Source: Candidatus Latescibacterota bacterium (lineage in GTDB: Bacteria; Latescibacterota; UBA2968; UBA8231). Taken from it: DNA of 64,000 nt. The stretch is from the NCBI GenBank assembly GCA_965217585.1, contig OZ244561.1:2432001-2496000 (forward strand). Reading direction: 5' to 3'. How positions within the stretch are numbered: position 1 is the first letter of the stretch; every line of letters begins with the position of its first letter. This document shows positions 26,738-36,230 of the stretch, piece after piece. The notes beneath the pieces were generated by a model. The model did not search any database and had not been told where the DNA came from. It saw only the letters and a program-made list of their open reading frames with translations. The translations under genes and the position numbers were made by a program.

Positions 26738-28732
26738 GTGACACGGCAGACAACGACACAAGCAGGGCTCGTCCTTCTAACCATCCTCGCGACCATCGGA
26801 TCGCTGTTTATCGCATCCTGCGATAGGCCCTCCACCAATAGCGATGACCAGCCCTCGACTTCCACCGGGCAAGCTGATCCACTCCAGTTGCCTTTTCCCC
26901 AGGAAATCATCGATCCTCCATGGCTGGAAAGTCGCAGACAGGCTCAACTCGAGACCGTTGGACAGTTCGATGTATTTTGCGACTTTGCCTTCTCCGACCG
27001 GCTCGAAGACAGTGCTATCCGCTTCCGCAACAGGATCACTGCCGATTCGGGCAAGGACTACAGGCCGAATCACTACGACCACGGCAATGGGATAGCCATT
27101 GCCGACGTGGACGGGGATGGCCTCTACGATATCTATTTCGTCAGCCAGGTTGGCGACAACGAACTGTGGAGAAATCTGGGAGGTGGCAAATTTGAGAATA
27201 TCACCCAGAAGGCAGGCGTGGCGGCCGAATCGATCGGGGTATCGGCCTCTTTCGCCGATATCGACAACGACGGCGATCCAGACCTCTACGTGACCGTTCT
27301 GCGCCGGGGCAATATCCTCTTTGAAAACGACGGTACCGGCACATTCAAAGATATTTCCAAAGACTCCGGCCTCGACTATAAGGGACATCCCTCTGCCGCA
27401 GTCTTCTTTGACTACAACGGCGATGGGTTGTTGGATATTTTTCTCACTGTTGTGGGCCAGTACACTACCGACGAGCTTAAAAAGGCGAGCCGTCCTAGCG
27501 GCAGCAAAGAAAAAAACAGCCAGTACAAGTACTATGCGGGATTCAACGACGGCTTCAGCGGACACCTCAAGCCCGAACGCAGCGAAACGAGCCTCCTCTT
27601 CAAAAACGAGGGTGGTAACCGCTTTGTCGACGTCAGCGAAAAGGTGGGTTTGCAGGACGGGAGTTGGTCGGGCGCCGCCAGCCCTATCGACGTCAATGAG
27701 GACGGCTGGCCCGATCTATACGTTTTGAATATGCAGGGACACGACCAGTACTACGAAAATGTCGGGGGCAAACATTTTGTCGACAAGAGCCGCGAGGTTT
27801 TTCCCAAAACCCCCTGGGGGTCGATGGGAGTCAAAGTTTTCGATTACAATAACGATGGCAAAATGGATCTCTATATCACCGACATGCATTCCGACATGAG
27901 CGAAAACATCGGAGTCGAGCGCGAAAAACTCAAATCCCGCATGCAATGGTCTGAAGAGTTCCTGCGCAGCGGCGGCAATAGCATCTTTGGCAATGCGTTC
28001 TACCTGAACAGAGGGGGCGGGCACTTCGAAGAAATTTCGGACCAAATCGGCACCGAGAACTACTGGCCCTGGGGATTCAGCGTCGGCGACCTCAATGCCG
28101 ATGGGTACGAGGACGTTTTTATAACCTCCAGCATGAATTACCCGTTCCGATATGGGGTCAACTCTGTTCTGTTGAACAACCGGAGCGAAAGATTTTTGGA
28201 CAGCGAATTCATCTTGGGGGTAGAGCCTAGGCGCGGCGGACGCACGGCCCAATCTTGGTTCGAACTGGATTGTGCCTGGAAAGACCGCAACCACCAGCAC
28301 TGTCAGAACCGAAGCGGCACTGTTGTGGTCTGGGGCGCATTGGGAAGCCGTTCTTCGGCGATCTTCGACCTAGACGACGACGGCGACCTGGATATCGTCA
28401 CCAACGATTTTAATTCCGAGCCTACTGTGCTGATCAGCAATCTGAGTGCTAAAAAGCAGAACCTGTCTTTTCTCAAGGTTGAGCTGATCGGCACGGCGTC
28501 GAACCGCAGCGGGCTGGGTGCCACGGTGAAGGTTCGAGCTGGCACTCAGACTTATACCAAAATCCACGATGGACAGTCGGGCTACCTCTCCCAAAGTCTC
28601 TATCCACTCTACTTTGGGCTGGGCGATGCCGAAGTAGTCGATCAGATCGCCGTGCGCTGGCCCTCGGGGAGGGAACAGATTGTCTCTGGCCCCATCGCAA
28701 CCAATTCACTGGTTGAGGTAAGAGAGCTTTAG
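26738..28732 (+). CDS. CRTAC1-family lipoprotein (FG-GAP repeats plus ASPIC/UnbV)
   Basis: GTG after AGGAGG; lipobox IASC; seven DxDxDGxxD repeats; GYLSQS..LYFGLG..RWPSG. Confidence 0.92.
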   Translation: MTRQTTTQAGLVLLTILATIGSLFIASCDRPSTNSDDQPSTSTGQADPLQLPFPQEIIDPPWLESRRQAQLETVGQFDVFCDFAFSDRLEDSAIRFRNRITADSGKDYRPNHYDHGNGIAIADVDGDGLYDIYFVSQVGDNELWRNLGGGKFENITQKAGVAAESIGVSASFADIDNDGDPDLYVTVLRRGNILFENDGTGTFKDISKDSGLDYKGHPSAAVFFDYNGDGLLDIFLTVVGQYTTDELKKASRPSGSKEKNSQYKYYAGFNDGFSGHLKPERSETSLLFKNEGGNRFVDVSEKVGLQDGSWSGAASPIDVNEDGWPDLYVLNMQGHDQYYENVGGKHFVDKSREVFPKTPWGSMGVKVFDYNNDGKMDLYITDMHSDMSENIGVEREKLKSRMQWSEEFLRSGGNSIFGNAFYLNRGGGHFEEISDQIGTENYWPWGFSVGDLNADGYEDVFITSSMNYPFRYGVNSVLLNNRSERFLDSEFILGVEPRRGGRTAQSWFELDCAWKDRNHQHCQNRSGTVVVWGALGSRSSAIFDLDDDGDLDIVTNDFNSEPTVLISNLSAKKQNLSFLKVELIGTASNRSGLGATVKVRAGTQTYTKIHDGQSGYLSQSLYPLYFGLGDAEVVDQIAVRWPSGREQIVSGPIATNSLVEVREL

Positions 28733-28763
28733 CAGATGCAGACTAACCTTAGGAGGAAGCATT

Positions 28764-29597
28764 ATGAGACTCAAATTGGCCTGTGCTGACTTCACTTTTC
28801 CGCTTCTGCCCCACGATCACGTCCTCGACTTGATTGCGATGTTGAAGCTCAAGGGGGTGGATATCGGCCTTTTCGAAGATCGCTCTCACTTGCAGCCATC
28901 GCGCGAATTCGAGAATGTGCGGCGCTCGGCCCGACGGCTGAGGAAGAAACTAGAAGCTAGAGGCCTGGTTGCTGCCGACGTGTTCATGCAGACAGCACTG
29001 GACTTCGAGTCCTACGCCATCAACAATCCCCAAAAGATGCGTCGGCGCAAAGCGCGTGACTGGTTCCTCAAAACCCTGGAATACGCCCTCGAGTGCGGTT
29101 CCAAGCACGTTAGCGGGCTGCCCGGGGTACACTTCCGGGGCGAGAAGCGCGGCGACTCTTGGGCCCGGTCAGTGGACGAGCTGAGCTGGCGAGTGGAACA
29201 GGCTCGCCAGCACCGCATCATCTACGGAATCGAACCCCACATCGGCTCGCTGGCTTCCCATCCTAAGTCGGCGGCTAGATTAGTGCGGGACGTTCCAGGA
29301 TTGACCTTGACCTTGGACTACAGCCATTTCGTTCCGCGCGGCATCCCCGAATCCGAGGTGGAGGTCTTGATTCAGCACGCCAGTCACTTCCATGTCCGAG
29401 GGGCGTGCCGGGGCAACGGCCAAGCGACCTTTGAGCGCAATACCTTGGATTTCGGGCGCATATTGGAGGTCATGCGCACGAGCGGCTATCGCGGCTGGCT
29501 CGAGCTGGAGTACTGCTGGGGGGAGGGCCACGAAGGCTGCGACATGCTGGCGGAGACCATCCGCTTCCGCGACCATTTGCGGGCGCTGGCGGCATGA
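28764..29597 (+). CDS. Sugar phosphate isomerase/epimerase (xylose isomerase-like TIM barrel)
   Basis: IEPH, LDYSH, HFHVR, GYRGWLELEY metal-ligand pattern. Confidence 0.87.
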   Translation: MRLKLACADFTFPLLPHDHVLDLIAMLKLKGVDIGLFEDRSHLQPSREFENVRRSARRLRKKLEARGLVAADVFMQTALDFESYAINNPQKMRRRKARDWFLKTLEYALECGSKHVSGLPGVHFRGEKRGDSWARSVDELSWRVEQARQHRIIYGIEPHIGSLASHPKSAARLVRDVPGLTLTLDYSHFVPRGIPESEVEVLIQHASHFHVRGACRGNGQATFERNTLDFGRILEVMRTSGYRGWLELEYCWGEGHEGCDMLAETIRFRDHLRALAA

Positions 29598-29691
29598 GAA
29601 GCCGGCCGCCGGTTGACGGCGATTTCTGGGGTGCGCATTTTCCGAGTCGTGGACGTGCAAGGCGTCAACTCTGAATCATGGAGGAGAACAA

Positions 29692-30972
29692 ATGACCGAT
29701 TCGTGTAAGCCGGTATTTCGGAAGCCGGTTCCGAACGGGGTTGTCGAACATCTGGGTGTCGGCGCCGGGAGCGCGACGGCTGTGGTGGAGGTCGAGGATG
29801 GGCTGATGATGATCGCGGGACGCCGCTGCTATCGATCCGGAGATGGGGGGCAAACCTGGCGCGAATCCGAGGCTCTGGACTGGACGATCCTCGGAGAACC
29901 GACCTCTCTGTCGTGCATCCGCTTGCAGTCCGGCAGTCTGGCGCTGGCGCATCTGGGCAGGAATAACCGGGATCCTGGCACGGAGATGTTCAACTGGAAT
30001 CCGTTCTTTCTCTCGGTGTCGGTGGACGATGGACGGAGCTGGACCGGGGAATGGCCGATGAATCTGCTGGGCGGGCCGTACTATGACGCGATGATCCAGA
30101 TGCCGAACGGGCGCATGGTCATGCCGAGCCGGATCTGCCACAGCAACAACCATCATCTGGGGATGGAGTACAAGCGGGTGAGCAGTTACGGCTATTGGAA
30201 GGGATTGCGCCTCCAGGTCAGCGGGCACTATCACTATCCGGAGGTGGATATTGCGGCGGCGAGTTACTCGGATGACGAGGGGCGGACCTGGCGGAGGTGC
30301 AGGGGGCAGTTGATGGGCTGGTTCGATGCGGACGGCATTCCCAACGGGCGGGGCGGGATTACGGCAGTGGACGAACCGAGTGTTGCAGTGTGTTCGGATG
30401 GGCGCTTGATGATGATGGCGAGGTCCACTGTGGGGCGCCTGGTGCAGACGTATAGCGAAGATGGCGGGGAAACCTGGACGCCGGTGCTGCCAAGCGATCT
30501 CGCGGCTTCGTATTCTCCGCCGCGGCTGCGGCGGATCCCCAGTACCGGAGACCTGTTGTGCGTGTGGAACCAGACGTCGCGGGAGGAGATCTTGAGGGGG
30601 TATCGACGGGGCCGCTTGTCTGCGGCGATTTCAACGGACTGCGGGGCGAGCTGGTCGCATTTCAAGACGATCGAGGTCAGCGGGGGAATGGAGGACGTGA
30701 ATCGGGTCCCGTCGCAGTATCCCGTCAGTCCCGTGATCGCGCTGCCGGAATTGGGAAGTTTGCCCGAGGACTTTGCCACGTTTGACTATGCAAATGCGTG
30801 GTTCCACGGAGATCGCGTTCTGCTGATGTATCATCGAAGCTGGGTCGAGGCCGATGAACATTCCGAAGAGGCGGTGACGTTGGGGGAGCGGAAGAGTACA
30901 GCCCGTAAACCGGGGGAACTGGTGCTGCGTGTCTATCCGCTGGGATGGTTTTACGACAGCGACGGGTCCTGA
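29692..30972 (+). CDS. Sialidase-family (BNR/Asp-box) beta-propeller protein
   Basis: Five Asp boxes: SGDGGQTW, SVDDGRSW, SDDEGRTW, SEDGGETW, STDCGASW; DEPSV and MMAR motifs. Confidence 0.85.
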   Translation: MTDSCKPVFRKPVPNGVVEHLGVGAGSATAVVEVEDGLMMIAGRRCYRSGDGGQTWRESEALDWTILGEPTSLSCIRLQSGSLALAHLGRNNRDPGTEMFNWNPFFLSVSVDDGRSWTGEWPMNLLGGPYYDAMIQMPNGRMVMPSRICHSNNHHLGMEYKRVSSYGYWKGLRLQVSGHYHYPEVDIAAASYSDDEGRTWRRCRGQLMGWFDADGIPNGRGGITAVDEPSVAVCSDGRLMMMARSTVGRLVQTYSEDGGETWTPVLPSDLAASYSPPRLRRIPSTGDLLCVWNQTSREEILRGYRRGRLSAAISTDCGASWSHFKTIEVSGGMEDVNRVPSQYPVSPVIALPELGSLPEDFATFDYANAWFHGDRVLLMYHRSWVEADEHSEEAVTLGERKSTARKPGELVLRVYPLGWFYDSDGS

Positions 30973-31137
30973 GACCCGTCCGGCGCGTACGAAGAAACTG
31001 CAGAATGATGTACTTCTCTTGCTTTCGAGGAAGGGGGGACTGACCAACAAGGAAAGGCTTCTGTGGAAAAAGCTGGCGAAACAGAGAAACTACCGTGGCT
31101 GACGCCCTGGAGCCGCAACAACATGGAGCAATGACAA

Positions 31138-32025
31138 ATGGAAACTCGGACTCTCGGTAAGACCGACCTGGCCGTCTCTCGCCTCGGTTTCGGCGGCGCC
31201 CGGATCGGCTATGAAGATGTGACGCTGGACCAGGCCGACCAGTTGCTCAATGGCCTCATCGATGTCGGCGTAACCCTGATCGACACGGCGGCCTGCTATG
31301 ACGACAGCGAGGAACAGATAGGCAAGTGGATCGGCAGCCGGCGGGATGAATATGTCCTCGCCTCGAAGTGTGGGCACGTGACCGGCGGCGCAACCGGCCT
31401 GCCGTGGTCTGCCGACACGATCGCTCACAGCATAGATCGATCCCTTCAGCGTCTGAAGACGGATCGAATCGACCTGATTCAGCTTCACAGCTGCTCGGCA
31501 GAGGTGCTAGCTGGAGGAGAAGCGGTCGAGGCCATCCTGAAGGCAAAGGAGGCGGGCAAGGTTCGGTACATCGGCTACAGCGGCGATGGGGACGACGCAC
31601 TGTACGCCATAGGAATGGGCGTTTTCAGCACCCTTCAGACCTCGTACAACGTCGTCGACCAGGACGCACGCCGCAAAGTCCTCCCGGCGGCCCAGGCAGC
31701 TGGCATGGGGGTCATCGCCAAGCGTCCCCTGGCAAACGCATCTTTCAAGACCGTCGCATCGCGGTACGACTACGCGGACGTCTACTGGGAGCGTTCGCAG
31801 AGCATGGTGTTTCCGGAAGACGCGCCAATCGACGGCGTCGAGCTCGCGCTCCGGTTCAATCTTGCGCACGAGTTGATCGACTCCGCCATCGTGGGCACCA
31901 CCAGGATCGAAAACGCCAGGAAGAACATCGAGACAATCGGAAAGGGCAATCTTCCCGCAGAGGTCCTTGCGTCGCTGTTCGAGCAGTTCGACCGGATGGG
32001 TGGAAGCTGGGAGCCGCGAGGCTAG
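31138..32025 (+). CDS. Aldo/keto reductase
   Basis: LGKTDLAVSRLGFG, IDTAACY, SLQRLKTDRIDLIQLH, GKVRYIG. Confidence 0.93.
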   Translation: METRTLGKTDLAVSRLGFGGARIGYEDVTLDQADQLLNGLIDVGVTLIDTAACYDDSEEQIGKWIGSRRDEYVLASKCGHVTGGATGLPWSADTIAHSIDRSLQRLKTDRIDLIQLHSCSAEVLAGGEAVEAILKAKEAGKVRYIGYSGDGDDALYAIGMGVFSTLQTSYNVVDQDARRKVLPAAQAAGMGVIAKRPLANASFKTVASRYDYADVYWERSQSMVFPEDAPIDGVELALRFNLAHELIDSAIVGTTRIENARKNIETIGKGNLPAEVLASLFEQFDRMGGSWEPRG

Positions 32026-32135
32026 CAAGTCACCGATGCAGATCCTGCCCGACATCTACCTTCTCGACGGCTTCGCAGTTGGCGAGGCAACGCGACAATC
32101 CGTTCTGGGGTTGGATCCGGAGGCAAAAGGAATAG

Positions 32136-34148
32136 TCAGTCCAAATACACCACGCTCAGCCCATAGACGATCAAACTCGGCACCTTGAAATCCACTCGTC
32201 CGGCGCGTCTGTGGTGCGGCAAAACCACGGCCTCCTCTCGCTCCGGATAGAGCCATTCAACCCGCTCCACCCTTTGCCCATCCGGCACTGCCAGACTCAC
32301 CTGCAGCGGCCCGACGGGCTGCGGCACCTCGATATCGCTGCTCTCATCCTGGCGATAGTTGACCCAGTGCAAGACCAGTGCCTCGATTCCGTCCGGTTGC
32401 CAAGCCCGCACCCGCACGAACCACGGCGCGTCCGTCTCCAGCCACGCCGCCCCGAGCAAGTCCTTCAAGCCCTTGAGGAATTGCCGTCCCAACGCGTCCC
32501 GCTGGGCCACCGGATAGACCAGCACCTCCTGCTCGGGGCGCAGCGCCACTTTTTCCGGCCCCCATGTCCGTTTGCCCAGGTACTGCACCCCTGCCGGCAC
32601 CCCGCTCCGCCAGTCGGCCAACAAGCCCGCGGCATGCGGCGTCCCGTCCACATCCAAATCCCCGGTCGCACCGGCGAATACCACCTTGCCGCCACCGGCC
32701 ACATAGCGCCGCAAAAAAGCACCCTCGGCCGCTGTCAGGCGCTCGATTCCAGGCAGCACCAGCGCGGCGTACCCATCGCCCTCGGCCACCAGTTGGGCCT
32801 CCAAGATCATGTCGAACAACACGTGGCCATCCTCCATATAGCGCCCCAATTGCTTGAGCGGCTCCACGCAGTCCGCCTCCTGCTCCAGCTCGGCCCGGCG
32901 CGGGTACACCAAGCCCACTTGCGACCAAGGACGGGCCGGATGGATCAATTCTTGGTGGTCGGCCAAAAAACGCTGATAGCGGCACACCGGTCCCATGTAA
33001 TCGTCCAAGGCGTAATCGCTATTGGCGTCCTGGCCCCAGTGAAAGGCCAGTGCCGCGCTGTGGTTGGCTCCCGCCTCGGCGATGGACAGGCGCAAACGGT
33101 GGCCGTCGTACTTGTTGAGCACCATGGGCTTGCCCCCGCTCATGGCGTACGCATAGCGCGCTGACAAGCCCGTATCGGCCAAGTGCCCCTGGGCCACATT
33201 GCTGAAGTTCTTGTTGCCACCCTGGCTGTACCAGATATAATCCTCGCCTCGGGCCCAATCCTCCTCCGGCAACAGGCAGCGCTCGTCCCAAGCCGACAGA
33301 TCGTATTTGTGGTACCACTGGGCCAGTAGCAAATCCGGCTTGAGGGCGCGGCCGTAGTCCACGAACAACTCGTCGAAGAATTCCTTGCGCCGCCGGTACA
33401 CCAACTGAGCCAGCAAGCGCTCGATCCGCTGGCGCAAATCCCGCGGTGCCGCAGCGCGCACGGCTAGGGGGGCGCTGTATTCGGCCGTGGCCGGCGGCCC
33501 GGCTGGGTCGAGCCCGCGCTGCAGTTCGTCGTCGCTGAATTCCCGGGCCAAATGCTCCATCAAATAGTGGCGGCAATGGGCGCACTGGCAGAATTGCTCG
33601 AAATTGTGGTGCGCGTTAAAGCCGTCCATGCCCAGTTCAATGGCCTTTTTGACCATGGGCTTCAACAGCGCCAGCCAATGGGGATTGCACATACACCCGC
33701 TATAAGTCCGGTACGGCCTACCCTCTATGGGCCAGCAGCGCAGTTCCCCGCCGACTGTGCGCTGCAGGGCCACGGCCACCTCATCGCAGGGGGGCGGTCC
33801 CAATAAATCCTCTGTCCAGATCCGCGCCCAATTGCCAAACAGCCCCTTGCCCGTCTCGTGATCGCCATAGATCCAGCCCAGGCTCAACTGCCCCACCACC
33901 TTGGCTCCAGCCTCCTGGACGCGCGGGATGAGATCGCCGGCTAGGGCCAAATTCTCCTCGATGCCAATGCAGGGCATGCCCGCCCAACTGCGCTCGACCT
34001 CCGCATCGTCGGCCAGGCCGTAGAACATGGGGCCGTACGTCCCCATCTGCACCAGTTGCACCCGACCCCGCCGCACGTGCTCGACCAGATCTAGCCGCTG
34101 CGGCACCGTCCAGTGCTCGGCCATCCTGTTAAACCAGAATTCCGCCAT
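32136..34148 (-). CDS. Hypothetical glycoside-hydrolase-like protein (TIM barrel plus GATase-like trimerisation domain)
   Basis: CMCNPHW, DGF, FCQCAHC (GH42-like Zn motif), LVLPG..L..YV.GGGKVV, LVLHWVNY. Substrate unknown. Confidence 0.6.
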   Translation of the reverse strand: MAEFWFNRMAEHWTVPQRLDLVEHVRRGRVQLVQMGTYGPMFYGLADDAEVERSWAGMPCIGIEENLALAGDLIPRVQEAGAKVVGQLSLGWIYGDHETGKGLFGNWARIWTEDLLGPPPCDEVAVALQRTVGGELRCWPIEGRPYRTYSGCMCNPHWLALLKPMVKKAIELGMDGFNAHHNFEQFCQCAHCRHYLMEHLAREFSDDELQRGLDPAGPPATAEYSAPLAVRAAAPRDLRQRIERLLAQLVYRRRKEFFDELFVDYGRALKPDLLLAQWYHKYDLSAWDERCLLPEEDWARGEDYIWYSQGGNKNFSNVAQGHLADTGLSARYAYAMSGGKPMVLNKYDGHRLRLSIAEAGANHSAALAFHWGQDANSDYALDDYMGPVCRYQRFLADHQELIHPARPWSQVGLVYPRRAELEQEADCVEPLKQLGRYMEDGHVLFDMILEAQLVAEGDGYAALVLPGIERLTAAEGAFLRRYVAGGGKVVFAGATGDLDVDGTPHAAGLLADWRSGVPAGVQYLGKRTWGPEKVALRPEQEVLVYPVAQRDALGRQFLKGLKDLLGAAWLETDAPWFVRVRAWQPDGIEALVLHWVNYRQDESSDIEVPQPVGPLQVSLAVPDGQRVERVEWLYPEREEAVVLPHHRRAGRVDFKVPSLIVYGLSVVYLD

Positions 34149-34149
34149 T

Positions 34150-34944
34150 CTATTTCCTCCTTGCCGTGTCCGGCTCCGGCAACTCAGCGGTAACCGGCTC
34201 GAACTGGCGCGCCACCACCCAATCGGGACGAGGATTCTCGACGCCGTTCGGCACGTTGTCGATGGCGGCGAAGGCGTAGATCAGACTGTAGCGCTGCGCG
34301 GGTGAGAAGTTGTGGTTCGAGCCGTGCACGATCCGGCAGTCGAAGAAACAGACGTCGCCAGCGTCGCCCTCGATCGGAATGATCATCGACTCATCGGTGA
34401 TGTGCTCGCGCAGCGCCTCCGGCGTGATGCACCACTGCTTGTAGCTGGTGGTGATCTCGTCGCTGTAGTGGTCCAGCACGCCCCAGCGATGTGAACCCTT
34501 CACCAGCGCGATGCAGCCGTTGTTGCGCGTGTTCGGACCCAACATGACCAGCGCGGAGGCCAACCGATCGTCGACGCCGTCATAGCGCCAGTAGCCGTAG
34601 TCCTGGTGCCAGAGCCACACGGTGCCCTCGAATGACTCCTTGTAGTTCAGCTTGCTGTGGAAGATATAGGCGTCGCTCCCGAAGATCTGCTTGATCGGCC
34701 CGGCGATCGGTGCAGAGCGGCACAGATCTCGGAACGGCTGCACATTGCGGTGCATGCAGAACACCGAGCGCACCGGACCGCTCTGCTCGCGCACCACGTG
34801 CACCTCCGGCGGGTTGTCGGCCTGCTCAGACATCATCTCGTCGGCCGCCGAGCGCAATCGCTCGATCTGATCCGGCGGGATCAGTCCGCGCTGTACCAGA
34901 AACCCCTGCTCGCGATAGGTGGTCAATTGTCTTTCGCTCCACAT
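34150..34944 (-). CDS. PhyH-family Fe(II)/2OG dioxygenase (ectoine/proline hydroxylase-like clade)
   Basis: HSKLNYK..WHQDYGYW, NGC..GSH, IVHGS.HN.S..R. Confidence 0.9.
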   Translation of the reverse strand: MWSERQLTTYREQGFLVQRGLIPPDQIERLRSAADEMMSEQADNPPEVHVVREQSGPVRSVFCMHRNVQPFRDLCRSAPIAGPIKQIFGSDAYIFHSKLNYKESFEGTVWLWHQDYGYWRYDGVDDRLASALVMLGPNTRNNGCIALVKGSHRWGVLDHYSDEITTSYKQWCITPEALREHITDESMIIPIEGDAGDVCFFDCRIVHGSNHNFSPAQRYSLIYAFAAIDNVPNGVENPRPDWVVARQFEPVTAELPEPDTARRK

Positions 34945-34972
34945 GGGCGTTCAGCCTCCTTCAATGGTCGAT

Positions 34973-36052
34973 CTATACTCGGTAGCGCTCGACCGCGTCC
35001 AGGTCCAGGTCCGCGCCCAGGCCGGGTTTGTCCGGAATTATCACCTGGCCATTCTCTATCTTCAGGGGCTCCTGCAGCAGCTGGTGCTCGAGCAGCAAGA
35101 AGAGGGAGACGTGGGCAAGCGTGGCGTTGGGGATGGCCGCGGCCATGTGCAGCATGAAGAGCACGGAAATCCCCGTAGCTTCGGTGCCCAACTGCATCCA
35201 GAAAGGTTTGTTCCGGGCAGCGCAGATATGGGCGTTGCGCATGGTGTTGGCAACTCTGGCACCTAAAATGAAGTAGTCGTAGACGTCCGAATGCAGGGCA
35301 TCGATGGGTTCGGGGTTGCCCATGTGGTGCGCCAGGGGGTAACCCAGTTCCCGCTTGAGGGCCCGGTAGCCTTCGATATCGCCCTGGTGGATGGGGGATT
35401 CCAGGCAGTGGACTTGAGGATATATCTTCAACTCCCTGCCGACCGCGAGGGCGCGTTCGAGCGTGCCGAAGGTCTGGTTGGCATCGATGGTGAGCTCGTA
35501 GTCTTCCGGGGTTACTTCCGCTATCGCGGCTACCTGTTCCACCACGTCGGTGTGGGCGCGGCGCTTGAACTTGTGCACCTTGAAACCCATCTCCAGGGCG
35601 ATTTTCGCTTCTTGCTGCATCGTCTCGGGTGGAAAGCATTGCGACCAGTAGGCCAGAGGCGCACTCTCCCGGCTCGGGCCCAAGAGCCGGGCGATGGGCA
35701 GACCGAGAAACTGGCCCATGAGATCGTAGAAAGCCATCTGCAAGGGACCGGGGCTATCGTCCATGATGAACTCGAAAGGACTGCGGCCCACGTAGGTCTG
35801 AAGCTGATCGTCCGGAAGGGCCACACCTTCGCCCAGCCCGATCAGGCCTTCGTCGGTATGCACCCGGTAGAGGGAGTCCTGCACCGAGGGAGGCGACGAT
35901 TCCCTCCACTGCCGGTGAAGCTCGTCTTTCCTTTCCTCGAATTCCTCGTCCGTGGCGCGGTTGCCCAAGTTCCAGCCTTTTCTCAGGTGCTCGCGGACCC
36001 GCTCCTTGTAGGGCAGGTGCAAGGCGACGCGGTCTATCCTGGTGATTCTCAT
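34973..36052 (-). CDS. Mandelate racemase/muconate lactonizing enzyme (enolase superfamily)
   Basis: VHTDEGLIGLGE, MAFYDLMG, KFK, IDANQ, ESP, PDKPGLG. Confidence 0.88.
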   Translation of the reverse strand: MRITRIDRVALHLPYKERVREHLRKGWNLGNRATDEEFEERKDELHRQWRESSPPSVQDSLYRVHTDEGLIGLGEGVALPDDQLQTYVGRSPFEFIMDDSPGPLQMAFYDLMGQFLGLPIARLLGPSRESAPLAYWSQCFPPETMQQEAKIALEMGFKVHKFKRRAHTDVVEQVAAIAEVTPEDYELTIDANQTFGTLERALAVGRELKIYPQVHCLESPIHQGDIEGYRALKRELGYPLAHHMGNPEPIDALHSDVYDYFILGARVANTMRNAHICAARNKPFWMQLGTEATGISVLFMLHMAAAIPNATLAHVSLFLLLEHQLLQEPLKIENGQVIIPDKPGLGADLDLDAVERYRV

Positions 36053-36230
36053 GGCTCCTTCCTAGCGAAACTTACTTACCGCGCCAGCAGCATTCGTCGA
36101 GGTTGTTTTTTCAGGTGTTTTTGATTCCAACACGCTTTTTTCTATTTTCTTGAAATGTTAGTAAAATAGCTGGCGGTATCGGAAGTATAAACGGGCATTT
36201 GAATCTTGGCCAACCCCAATTGGGAGGAAC

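Noticed and set aside
34150-34944. Ectoine hydroxylase ectD
   Set aside because: It lacks the EctD signature (WHSDFETWH) and there are no ect genes nearby.
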